From IMG/VR virus record IMGVR_UViG_3300044630_007810: DNA of 64,000 nt, one strand, 5' to 3'. Source of the DNA: an uncultured virus (IMG/VR IMGVR_UViG_3300044630_007810) (lineage: Duplodnaviria > Heunggongvirae > Uroviricota > Caudoviricetes). The notes under the pieces are model-generated. The model did not search any database and was not told the DNA's origin. It saw only the letters and a list, made by a program, of their open reading frames with translations. Shown here one piece after another: positions 50,736-59,812 of the stretch; position 1 is the stretch's first letter, and every line of letters begins with the position of its first letter. The translations under genes were made by a program, and so were the position numbers.

Positions 50736-50914
50736 CAGAAGAACAGGAATTAAAAATCAAATCCGCAATAACGGAAAAATTATTTTCATCAATCACTTTC
50801 GCTGAAACAATTAATATTATTTCTAAAATTGCAGAAAACGAAGCTGAAAAAATTCTTTCAGAGATGAAAGAAGAAGAAAAACACAAAGTTTATAAAGATT
50901 TATTTGAATCTTAA
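50732..50914 (+). CDS. Hypothetical protein
   Basis: 60 aa, ATGA-coupled. Confidence 0.55.
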   Translation: MTEEQELKIKSAITEKLFSSITFAETINIISKIAENEAEKILSEMKEEEKHKVYKDLFES

Positions 50915-50963
50915 CTTTTTTTGTAAAAAAGTGTAGATATTTTATATTAATAAATATTCAATC

Positions 50964-52160
50964 ATGTTAATTTTTCTCAGTCAAAAGAAATACGAAAGCA
51001 TCGTCTCTAATGCAAATTTTCTTTTTGGAGAAGAAGATTCTTACGAAAAAAGAATTTGGATTATTAAAGAATATAAGCAGAGAAATGGTGAAATTACCTT
51101 GATCAAAGATGAAAATAAAATTTCTTCTTTTGCGCAAAAATCCCATGATTATACCTTTAATAATGCCAATCTTGATGAAAATACGGTTGCATTTAATGAT
51201 GAGATCATAGAATCATTAAAAAATAAGGTCAAGCAACATAACGTTAAATCAAATAATAAAATAACGTTGACTCAATTAAAAAAAGTCTATAGGAGAGGTA
51301 TGGGAGCTTTTTCAAATTCTAATCGCTTAAATGCAAGCAATCAACAATTAGCAATGGCCAGAGTTAACATGTTCCTTAAAATGGCTAAGGGAGAAGAGGT
51401 CAAAGACTCTTATAGAAAAGCTGATGAAGACATAATAGATCAATCTGTTTTTTCTTATGAAATTAAAGATAACGAATTTATTCTTTCCCTTCAATCTAAA
51501 CAAGTTGATGAGTTTATAGACGACATTGATGATGAATTCTTTGAAGAAGAAGTTTTTGAAAGAAATAGAGTGTCGTACTCTATCAATAAAAAAATTATTA
51601 ATGGAGAGTACATTATTGATTTAATTGAAAATATTGAATATAAAGATAACTTTAATTATTTTTCTAAATCGCATATCGATTCAGACACTGGAGATCAAGA
51701 TTTAGATATAATTTTAGCAGCAATTTATGATTCAGAATTTAACGAAGATGTTATTTTAGATTTTTTGAACGATGACATTGATAATAATAATCTTGTAGAA
51801 GAGCATATTGGATCAATGGTGATTCAAGCTAAAAAAACAACACAAGATAAAATAGACGAGGTTTATAAAAAATATCACGACACAGTAAATATGAGTTACT
51901 CTTCTTTAAAGAAGTGGAGTGAGAATGCTTGTAGTCGCGCAGCTTCATTGTCACGCGCACCGATAAATCGTAATTTAAATCTTCTTTCCAAAAAGAAAGA
52001 AGATTGGACAATGGCAGATGTTCGTTCTGCTAATAGAACGATTTCATTTGTATCCAGAATGCGTGGCGCTGAACAAGGCGAGCCAGTAAATGGCCCAGAT
52101 GATCAAAAATGTCCATCGAAAAGAGATATTTCTCTTAAGAATTGGGCTTATAGTCCTTGA
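50964..52160 (+). CDS. Multidomain hypothetical protein with DUF3140-like C-terminus
   Basis: LKKVYRRGMGAF...AMARVNMFL domain; VNMSYSSLKKW...KKKEDWT...SLKNWAYSP. Confidence 0.5.
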   Translation: MLIFLSQKKYESIVSNANFLFGEEDSYEKRIWIIKEYKQRNGEITLIKDENKISSFAQKSHDYTFNNANLDENTVAFNDEIIESLKNKVKQHNVKSNNKITLTQLKKVYRRGMGAFSNSNRLNASNQQLAMARVNMFLKMAKGEEVKDSYRKADEDIIDQSVFSYEIKDNEFILSLQSKQVDEFIDDIDDEFFEEEVFERNRVSYSINKKIINGEYIIDLIENIEYKDNFNYFSKSHIDSDTGDQDLDIILAAIYDSEFNEDVILDFLNDDIDNNNLVEEHIGSMVIQAKKTTQDKIDEVYKKYHDTVNMSYSSLKKWSENACSRAASLSRAPINRNLNLLSKKKEDWTMADVRSANRTISFVSRMRGAEQGEPVNGPDDQKCPSKRDISLKNWAYSP

Positions 52161-52184
52161 CTTTATTGTTCTTGCGTCTATAAT
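52157..52184 (+). promoter_or_regulatory. Sigma70-type promoter
   Basis: TTGACT-16 nt-TATAAT, 5 nt before ATG 52190. Confidence 0.65.
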
Positions 52185-52189
52185 TTGGC

Positions 52190-53011
52190 ATGAGAATTTT
52201 ACTTACTGGTCATCTTGGTTTTATTGGCCAAAATTTAATGCCATTTTTAATTAAAAATGGATACCATGTAGATGGATTTGATTTAATTGAATCTAATAAA
52301 GAACTTCCTGATATAAAGAATTATGATTGGGTTATTCATCTTGGGGCAAATTCAAGCACAACGGAAAAAGATTTAAATAAAATTTTAATACAAAATTTTG
52401 ATTTTTCTTACAAGCTATACAACCAGTGCATATTACATAATGTAAAATTTCAATATGCAAGTAGCGCGTCTGTTTATGGCCTTGAAAGCAATTTTTGCGA
52501 AAATGAATTTTGCAAACCACTAAGTCCATATGCATATAGTAAATATATGTTTGACAATTTTTTATCTTTATATGGAGTTGGTTATCAAGGATTTAGATAC
52601 TTTAATGTTTATGGAAAAAACGAGGAAAAGAAGGGTGATCAAGCTAGTCCAATAAGTAAATTCTATAAACAAGCAAAAGATACAAGTGAAATTAAAATTT
52701 TTAAAAACAGCAACCTCTATTTAAGAGATTTTGTTTCAGTCGATGATATTTGCGAAATGCATCTCAAATTTCTTAAAAGTCCACATTTAAATGGAATTTG
52801 GAATTTAGGAACTGGAAAACCAATATCTTTTTTAGATGTTGCTAAAATTATCCAAAATAAAATTAATTGCAAAATTACCGAAATACCTTTTCCCGAAGAT
52901 TTAAAAAAACAGTATCAAACATTTACTTGTTCTAATTCTAATAAATTAATTAAAGATATTGGAGATTTTAAATGGAAAAGCGTTGAGGAATGGGTTAAAA
53001 TTAATTTATGA
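52190..53011 (+). CDS. hldD: ADP-L-glycero-D-manno-heptose 6-epimerase-like SDR
   Basis: TGHLGFIG; HLGANSSTTE; YASSASVYG; YAYSK; FRYFNVYG; RDFV; YQTFT. Confidence 0.8.
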   Translation: MRILLTGHLGFIGQNLMPFLIKNGYHVDGFDLIESNKELPDIKNYDWVIHLGANSSTTEKDLNKILIQNFDFSYKLYNQCILHNVKFQYASSASVYGLESNFCENEFCKPLSPYAYSKYMFDNFLSLYGVGYQGFRYFNVYGKNEEKKGDQASPISKFYKQAKDTSEIKIFKNSNLYLRDFVSVDDICEMHLKFLKSPHLNGIWNLGTGKPISFLDVAKIIQNKINCKITEIPFPEDLKKQYQTFTCSNSNKLIKDIGDFKWKSVEEWVKINL

Positions 53012-53187
53012 AAAATAAATTTAACAGTCAATATTACATTGAATATCGTTTCGAAAAAAATGGACCATTATTTTTTATAAAAAATAATTTAAATAATTTA
53101 GATCAAGCAATGGCCGAAAGAGAAAGAATTATTAGAACTGGGGCATATGAAGCGTTAATCAAAAAAAATGAATTTTTGAAAAAATAA
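53008..53187 (+). CDS. Small hypothetical protein (59 aa)
   Basis: ATGA-coupled; MKNKFNSQYY...FLKK*. Confidence 0.45.
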   Translation: MKNKFNSQYYIEYRFEKNGPLFFIKNNLNNLDQAMAERERIIRTGAYEALIKKNEFLKK

Positions 53188-53201
53188 GTGTATCATTAGG
53201 T

Positions 53202-53408
53202 ATGAACACTTCACTCATAATTCAAACAGCATTAGAAATAATGAAACAATATCCTTGGTTTGGTGTTATTTCATCAGTTATTGCCACAGCTTCAGCAATT
53301 TCTGCAATAACTCCAACGCCTAAAAAAGGTACATTTTTGTCTAAAGCTTATAAGGTAATAGATATTCTTGCCATTAATGTTGGCAAAGCAAAACAAGCTG
53401 GAGAATAA
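53202..53408 (+). CDS. Small membrane protein (holin-like)
   Basis: Hydrophobic segment, ASAISAITPTP, KVIDILAINVGKAK; GTGTAT 8 nt upstream. Confidence 0.55.
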   Translation: MNTSLIIQTALEIMKQYPWFGVISSVIATASAISAITPTPKKGTFLSKAYKVIDILAINVGKAKQAGE

Positions 53409-53427
53409 TAAAATTTAAATATCAACT

Positions 53428-53457
53428 AAACCTCCTTGGAAACAAGGGGGTTTTTTT
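53428..53457 (+). terminator. Intrinsic terminator
   Basis: AAACCTCCTTG-GAAA-CAAGGGGGTTT followed by further Ts. Confidence 0.8.
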
Positions 53458-53471
53458 GTGTAAATTTTATT

Positions 53472-54113
53472 ATGCATGAGGTAAGCACTCCACCTATAAA
53501 AGTTTGGGTTAAAAAAGAGTTTCAATATGATTTAGAAAAAGGGTTTGGTGAATTTGATAGAGGTATAATTGTTAGCGCAAGATCTGTTTGTGGTTCAGGA
53601 ATGCTATTTCAAGTTTTAATGGAAAATGGTGTTTTACGTGATAAACTTCCAATTCATGCATTCGTAACAGATAAAAATGCACCAGAAATACCATTTCATC
53701 ATTTACAGCTTTGGAATTGTTTTTCTGCCAATTTTTCAATAATTTCAATTAATTATTTGTCTGGTTTAAAAGTAGACGTAAAATTAAAAAATGGAAACTG
53801 GGAAAGTGGCACTTATTTATGGACGTTCCAATGGGGTCCAGATTACTCTCATGGAATAGATTTAACTTTAGCTGCTGATCCATTTGAGCATAAATCTTCT
53901 CATTTTATTGAATTAGATAATGGGTGTTTTGTTTTACAACCTAATAACCGTTTAAAATGGAGAGATCCAAGTTTTATAACAAAACCGTTCCCAGAAAAAC
54001 CAGATTACAAAGGAAATTCTAAAATTTGGAATTGTGAGAGTTACGATAAATGGACAACCGAAGATAGTAATGCATGGTTTTATTCAATAAGTCAAAATGA
54101 GTGTAAAGTTTAA
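53472..54113 (+). CDS. Hypothetical phage protein
   Basis: ATG at 53472, 8 nt after GTGTAA; the upstream in-frame start lies inside the terminator. Confidence 0.6.
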   Translation: MHEVSTPPIKVWVKKEFQYDLEKGFGEFDRGIIVSARSVCGSGMLFQVLMENGVLRDKLPIHAFVTDKNAPEIPFHHLQLWNCFSANFSIISINYLSGLKVDVKLKNGNWESGTYLWTFQWGPDYSHGIDLTLAADPFEHKSSHFIELDNGCFVLQPNNRLKWRDPSFITKPFPEKPDYKGNSKIWNCESYDKWTTEDSNAWFYSISQNECKV

Positions 54114-54115
54114 AA

Positions 54116-54463
54116 ATGGCAGCAGCAATCTATAACCTCACAATAGAAAAGGGTGTTGATTTTTCAATTTCTTTAGTTTTGCAAAAAACAGATGGCACTT
54201 TCGTTGATTTAACAAACTCAAATGTTTGTGTAAAATCTGAAATTGTTGAATTTTATGGTCTTTCTCCAATTACTGGATTTAGTGTTTCCGAAGTTTTACC
54301 AAGTGGTGTTGTACTTAGTTTAAATGAAGAGGGTACAAAAAAATTACCATTTGGAGAATGTTATTATGATGTTATATTAAATACCAATGGAGTTACAGAA
54401 AGATTAATGCAAGGCACAATAACAACATCTGAATCTAGCACGGAAAATATTTCATGTCAATAA
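54116..54463 (+). CDS. Virion structural protein (fibre adaptor/Ig-like)
   Basis: YNLTIEKGVDF...VDLT...YYDV...RLMQG pattern; GTGTAA 9 nt upstream. Confidence 0.55.
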   Translation: MAAAIYNLTIEKGVDFSISLVLQKTDGTFVDLTNSNVCVKSEIVEFYGLSPITGFSVSEVLPSGVVLSLNEEGTKKLPFGECYYDVILNTNGVTERLMQGTITTSESSTENISCQ

Positions 54464-55449
54464 TTGTAAATTCAAATACTGGTAGAAATATAATTACTGT
54501 TTCAACAAACGCAGTAAATTCAATTTCGCTTTTATCTCAACGATTAACGATTGTTGATCATAATAATCTATCAAATTTGCAAGGAGGTGTAAATAATCAA
54601 TTTTATCACCTTAACTCTGGACAATATTTTAATTTAACTACTGGTGATGTAGTTCGCCCAAGTGAAACTGGACAGTTTTATTCATCTAGTAATCCAAGTG
54701 GTTATACTGTAACTGGTTATGTAACTGGGGTTAGCGGTAATCTTCAAACTCAAATCACTAGTCTTAATAATCAAACAGGTTCTTTTTATCCAAGAGCTAA
54801 TCCTTCAGGTTATATTACTGGAGTCGATCTATCATTTTCTGGGAACTATTATACAAAAAATGAATCTGAGTCTAGATATGTAAATACAACAGGTACGGAA
54901 GCAATCCTTGGAGATAAAACTTTCCACGATAAAGTATATATTAATAATTTATACGTTACAGGTCTTGAAACAATAATAAATACAACTAATACAAATGTAG
55001 CAAGTAATTATTTACTACTTAACTTAACTGGTGGGGCAGTTGATGGTGGTATTTTCTTCATTACTGGATCTGGGTTTACTGGAATTAATGATTCTGGCGC
55101 AATTATTGGTTTTGATCATTCTGACAAATTTAAATTTGGCATTGCAACTAGAGCAAGTGATTTAAGCACCTTGGATACTATTGCTTCTTATGAAGAAGTA
55201 ACTGGAATAAGTGGAGTTTTACAAACACAAATTTCTACACTAAACAGTGCGACAGGATCTTATGTACTAAATAGCCAAACTGGACAATTTTACGCAAATT
55301 CTAATCCTAGTGGGTTTATTACTGGAGTCGATTTATCCTCTTATGCTACTCAAACTTATGTAACTGGAATAAGTGGTGAATTACAAACTCAAATAAACTC
55401 TTTAGTAGAAAACTCAAACACAATCATAGGTCTTTCAATCTTTTTATAA
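54454..55449 (+). CDS. Tail fibre-like virion protein, [S/T]G-rich with internal repeats
   Basis: Repeated NPSG[YF]ITG and VTG[IV]SGxLQTQI; HNNLSNLQGG. Confidence 0.6.
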   Translation: MSIIVNSNTGRNIITVSTNAVNSISLLSQRLTIVDHNNLSNLQGGVNNQFYHLNSGQYFNLTTGDVVRPSETGQFYSSSNPSGYTVTGYVTGVSGNLQTQITSLNNQTGSFYPRANPSGYITGVDLSFSGNYYTKNESESRYVNTTGTEAILGDKTFHDKVYINNLYVTGLETIINTTNTNVASNYLLLNLTGGAVDGGIFFITGSGFTGINDSGAIIGFDHSDKFKFGIATRASDLSTLDTIASYEEVTGISGVLQTQISTLNSATGSYVLNSQTGQFYANSNPSGFITGVDLSSYATQTYVTGISGELQTQINSLVENSNTIIGLSIFL

Positions 55450-55464
55450 AAAATAAATAAAATC

Positions 55465-55830
55465 ATGGCAACATATACAAAGCAATTATTATCACAAAGC
55501 ACAAATGGTAAGTCTATTGTTATAGCTGCCAGTGGTGCTAACACTACAACAATACACACAACACAAGCATCATCAGGCATAATGGATGAAGTGTGGTTGT
55601 ATGCTACAAACTCTACAACATCAGATATAATGTTTAATTTATTATATGGAGGTACAGATTTTTCAACTGATATTTTATTTGAAGGTGTTATTGAGGCTTA
55701 TGCTGGAAATACATTAATCTGCCCTGGTTTAATTTTACAAGGAGATGGAACTACGGGATCTTCTATATATGGAAATGCTAGTGTATTGAGTGGCATTAAT
55801 GTTTTTGGCTATGTAAATAGGATAAGTTAA
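55465..55830 (+). CDS. Putative virion/fibre-associated protein
   Basis: 121 aa beta-type protein in the fibre operon (DEVWLYA...FGYVNRI). Confidence 0.5.
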   Translation: MATYTKQLLSQSTNGKSIVIAASGANTTTIHTTQASSGIMDEVWLYATNSTTSDIMFNLLYGGTDFSTDILFEGVIEAYAGNTLICPGLILQGDGTTGSSIYGNASVLSGINVFGYVNRIS

Positions 55831-55831
55831 T

Positions 55832-58138
55832 ATGAGTATTCGTTACGGAAATAAAGTTGGACCGTTAGTCTCACGTAAGTCTTCTTTTTTTAAAAAGGAT
55901 AGATTTGATCGACTGCGTATTAAACAACCATCACCTACTAGCTCAACATCAAGCACTTGGACACGTCCAGCTGATTGGCTAACAATGCCGACTATAATAT
56001 CTTCAGAGCAAAAAATAGCTTTGTTGATGCCAGTGTTTCCGCAACAATCTAACTTTCTCGCTTTTACAATATCTGGAGCATATACAGTTGATTGGGGTGA
56101 TGGTGTAACAGAAAATATTGCATCTGGTGTTAAAGCTCAACATGAATACTCTTATACCGACCCAGATTTAAATACCACCGTTACAAGTGATGGTTATAAA
56201 ATGGCAGTTGTAGTCATTACTCCTCAAGCTGGTCAAAATATAACAAGTGTAGACTTTAACCAAAAGTATGCATTAACGGGATCTACATTTCCCGATTCTT
56301 CTCCTATATTAGAAATAGTTTTATCTTGCCCAAGTTTAACAGGTTTAACTCTTGGTAATGCAACCGCTTCTTTGGCTTTTTGTAAAAATTTAGTTAGTTT
56401 CACTGGAGTCAATATGGGATTATTAACTAACTTATCTAATTCATTTGCCAATTTAACTTCATTAAAAAATGTATCCCTCAGCGGTACTACTAACGTTACT
56501 AATACGAGTAGTATGTTTAGTAATTGCTCTTCTCTTACAACTGTACCACTGTTTAATACAGGGGCTGTTATTAATATGAGTAATATGTTTAATAGTTGCA
56601 GGTCTATTACAAGCGTACCGCTTTTTAATACAGCAGCTGTTACTAATATGAGTAGTATGTTTGCTAGTTGCTCTTCTCTTACAAGTGTTCCACTATTCAA
56701 TACAGCAGCTGTTACTAATATGAATAATATGTTTGCTAGTTGCTATTCTCTTACAAGTGTACCTCTGTTTAATACAGGGCTTGTTACTACTATGAGTGGT
56801 ATGTTTTCCTCTTGTTACCGTCTTCAGACTGTACCATTATTTAACACACAAAATGTTACTACTATGGGAAGTAGTTTTCCACCAGAGGGAATGTTTTTTA
56901 GCTGTAGATCACTTACAACTGTACCACTATTCAATACAGCAGCTGTTACTAATATGACTAATATGTTTTATAATTGCACTGCTCTTACAAGTGTACCTCT
57001 GTTTAATACAGGGCTTGTTACTACTATGAGTGGTATGTTTAGTGGTTGCTCTTCTCTTACAAGTGTACCTCTGTTTAATACAGGGGCTGTTACTACTATG
57101 AGTGGTATGTTTAGTAGTTGCTCTTTTCTTACAAGTGTACCACTATTCAATACAGGGGCTGTGCAATTCATGAGTTCTATGTTTAGTAGTTGTACTTCTC
57201 TTACAAGCGTACCGCTTTTTAATACAGCAGCTGTTACTGATATGAGTAGTATGTTTAGTAGTTGCCCTTCTCTTACAAGTATACCGTTATTCAATACAGG
57301 GCTTGTTACTACTATGAATAGTATGTTTAATGGTTGCTCTTCTCTTACAACTGTACCTCTGTTTAATACAGGGGCTGTTACTAATATGGTTAGTATGTTT
57401 AGTAGTTGTACTTCTCTTACAACAGTACCGTTATTAATTTCAGGCGCTGGAACAATTACAGGAAAGTTTAGTGGTATTTTTGCAAATTGTATATCACTTA
57501 CAAGAGCAGCATTGAATGGTTCTGAATATTTAATAAGTTATAGTGGTTGTAAATTATCAAAAGAAGAATTAGAATCTATATTCAATTATCTAGATACAAT
57601 AGGTGCTGCTTCTCAAACAATAACAGTAACAAACAATTGGGGAGCGCCGACACCTGTAACTCTTACAGGAACTACAACTGTTGGTAGCACAACAATAAGC
57701 ATGGCAAACACCACTGGTATTGCTGTAGGTATGCAAATTACTGGTACTGGTTCCCCTCTTACATCAACAAGAGCAGTAACATTCACAGACGCTAGTGATT
57801 TAGTCAACCTTGCAAGTCATGGATTAAGTAATGGGGATGAAGTTTCTTTTGCAACTATAGTAACAACGTCTGGTATTGTTACTAATAGAATTTATTATGT
57901 AGTCAATGCTACAGCTGGAACATTTCAAGTAGCGGCAACTCTAGGTGGTCCTGCATTACCAATAACTACGACTGGTACGCCGTCAGGTACTTTACGCTAT
58001 AGAACGCAGGTTGTATCAATTAACCCCAACGTAAGCATCACAGTATCACGACAAATGACTGCGGGGGGTGCAAATAGTTTAATATTTAGACAATTAAGAA
58101 CTGGAACAGCCCTATTAAAAGGCTGGGCAGTAATTTAA
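55832..58138 (+). CDS. DUF285/BspA-type leucine-rich-repeat surface (receptor-binding) protein
   Basis: VDWGDG domain; about 13 copies of VPLFNTxxVTxMxxMFxxCxSLTS. Confidence 0.8.
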   Translation: MSIRYGNKVGPLVSRKSSFFKKDRFDRLRIKQPSPTSSTSSTWTRPADWLTMPTIISSEQKIALLMPVFPQQSNFLAFTISGAYTVDWGDGVTENIASGVKAQHEYSYTDPDLNTTVTSDGYKMAVVVITPQAGQNITSVDFNQKYALTGSTFPDSSPILEIVLSCPSLTGLTLGNATASLAFCKNLVSFTGVNMGLLTNLSNSFANLTSLKNVSLSGTTNVTNTSSMFSNCSSLTTVPLFNTGAVINMSNMFNSCRSITSVPLFNTAAVTNMSSMFASCSSLTSVPLFNTAAVTNMNNMFASCYSLTSVPLFNTGLVTTMSGMFSSCYRLQTVPLFNTQNVTTMGSSFPPEGMFFSCRSLTTVPLFNTAAVTNMTNMFYNCTALTSVPLFNTGLVTTMSGMFSGCSSLTSVPLFNTGAVTTMSGMFSSCSFLTSVPLFNTGAVQFMSSMFSSCTSLTSVPLFNTAAVTDMSSMFSSCPSLTSIPLFNTGLVTTMNSMFNGCSSLTTVPLFNTGAVTNMVSMFSSCTSLTTVPLLISGAGTITGKFSGIFANCISLTRAALNGSEYLISYSGCKLSKEELESIFNYLDTIGAASQTITVTNNWGAPTPVTLTGTTTVGSTTISMANTTGIAVGMQITGTGSPLTSTRAVTFTDASDLVNLASHGLSNGDEVSFATIVTTSGIVTNRIYYVVNATAGTFQVAATLGGPALPITTTGTPSGTLRYRTQVVSINPNVSITVSRQMTAGGANSLIFRQLRTGTALLKGWAVI
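56495..57430 (+). repeat. 72-nt coding tandem repeat (24 aa), about 13 units
   Basis: Period visible directly, e.g. GTACC at 56543 and 56615; one unit has a 6-codon insertion. Confidence 0.9.
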
Positions 58139-58150
58139 CAGCATAATTTT

Positions 58151-58327
58151 ATGACATCAGGATTTTACAAAAAAGATAATGAGGAACTTTTATATGCTCC
58201 AAACATAGTAGAAGGAAATGGGTTCGTGTTAGTAGCTCAAGACAAAGATCAATATGACTATCCAGTAGATGGATGGTATTGGTTTGAAAGTGAAGAGGAA
58301 GCTATGGAAGTCTTGAATAAAAATTAA
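58151..58327 (+). CDS. Small protein (58 aa), possible fibre chaperone
   Basis: MTSGFYKKD...YPVDGWYWFESEEEA; not in the supplied track. Confidence 0.6.
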   Translation: MTSGFYKKDNEELLYAPNIVEGNGFVLVAQDKDQYDYPVDGWYWFESEEEAMEVLNKN

Positions 58328-58359
58328 AATATCTTATAATAGAAGTGTAATAGAAATAA

Positions 58360-59802
58360 ATGCCAAACTATATTTTAAGCAATACTGCGTCCCAAATCAA
58401 TACTGTGCTTTCACAAGCAAACACAAATATAAATAGAAATTTATTTGATTTTGGGGCATTTTCTTCTATTGCTGGTGGCGATGCAAATCAAATCGGAGGA
58501 TCTTATTCATTTATAGCTGGTGGTTCAGGAAATTATTCAAATGGCGCATTTTCAAATATATTTGGTGGATTATCAAATCAAGCGTTAGCTCCATTTTCAA
58601 ACATAATTGGAAGAAGATCAATTGTTTCTGCAACTCATTCAGGAGCAATGGTTCTTTCTGATGGTCAAAATAGAGATCACGCATCAAAAGGCCAACATAC
58701 ATTACATTTAGATTTTGCTAGTGGAGTTTATATTAATAATGTAAAAATTGAACAATTTTTAACAAGTAAAACTCTTTATGTTGACCCAAGCGTGGGTACA
58801 GATACTAGAACCTCACTTAGTCGGTATGATATGTCAAAACCATTTACAACTATTTCTGGCGCAGCTGCTGCCTCAGCGACTGGTGATTTAATTTATGTTC
58901 GCGCAGGAACATATGCAATTAATTCTCAGATCAATCTTAACAATGAAGGAAGCCTATATTTTGAACCTGGAGCAACCGTTAATATAAGAAATAATGTTAC
59001 GGGATTTTCTTTTAATCAAGCCACAAATGCCTTTCCAACAGGTAATTCGATTCGTATTCAAGGACATGCTGATTTTGTATTAACTGGTTCAGCAGGAATA
59101 CTAACAATGCCCACTTCAAATAATGCTTCTTCACCACCTATTGTTGCATTTGAATGTAATAGTATTACTGGTCCAAATGCCGCTAATGGTACGCTTTTTA
59201 ATACTGTGAACGGAGTATTGTCTGTTGATGCTAAAACTATAGCAATGACAACTACATTTACTGCTTCAAATGCTACTGTATTTAATATTACTGGCACTGC
59301 AGATGTCACAGCAAGAATTCCATTTGTATATTGTGGAAGATTTGTTAATGGTGCTGGCGCAGCTAATGCTGGTAGCGATGCTGTTGCTCGAATCAATGCT
59401 GATATTTGGACTTTGGCAACATACAACGCAACTGCTGGCATGAGTCTAAGGTTAATTACTACTAACTTTAGAATAGTTAATTATAATCATGTTGGTGTAG
59501 GTGCTGCATTAAGTTGGACAGAAAATACCACATTAGAATCTCATGGTTTCAAAGGCATTACTTGGAATAGTTTGGCTGGTCAACCGAATATAACATTTGC
59601 TTCTACAGTTCTTTCAACAAGTAACAAAATTATCAGATTAGACCAAACAAATATAATGCGATACGCAACGACAAACAGTTTAAGCTCTAATATACCTATA
59701 AATGTAGGAACATATGGTACATTTGCATCAGTGCCAGCAACTTCAAACGTTACATTTAAGATTGGTTCATTCACAGTAGATGCAGACGTAAACACTTATT
59801 AA
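58360..59802 (+). CDS. Tail fibre/spike with YadA-like repeats and a beta-helix-like domain
   Basis: SxIAGG repeats; TLYVDPSVGTD...PFTTI...GDLIYVRAGTY is a typical beta-helix start; GTGTAA 9 nt upstream. Confidence 0.65.
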   Translation: MPNYILSNTASQINTVLSQANTNINRNLFDFGAFSSIAGGDANQIGGSYSFIAGGSGNYSNGAFSNIFGGLSNQALAPFSNIIGRRSIVSATHSGAMVLSDGQNRDHASKGQHTLHLDFASGVYINNVKIEQFLTSKTLYVDPSVGTDTRTSLSRYDMSKPFTTISGAAAASATGDLIYVRAGTYAINSQINLNNEGSLYFEPGATVNIRNNVTGFSFNQATNAFPTGNSIRIQGHADFVLTGSAGILTMPTSNNASSPPIVAFECNSITGPNAANGTLFNTVNGVLSVDAKTIAMTTTFTASNATVFNITGTADVTARIPFVYCGRFVNGAGAANAGSDAVARINADIWTLATYNATAGMSLRLITTNFRIVNYNHVGVGAALSWTENTTLESHGFKGITWNSLAGQPNITFASTVLSTSNKIIRLDQTNIMRYATTNSLSSNIPINVGTYGTFASVPATSNVTFKIGSFTVDADVNTY

Positions 59803-59812
59803 TTTTAAAAAT

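Noticed and set aside
55832..58138. Complete diversity-generating retroelement
   Set aside because: No reverse transcriptase or non-coding template repeat in the window
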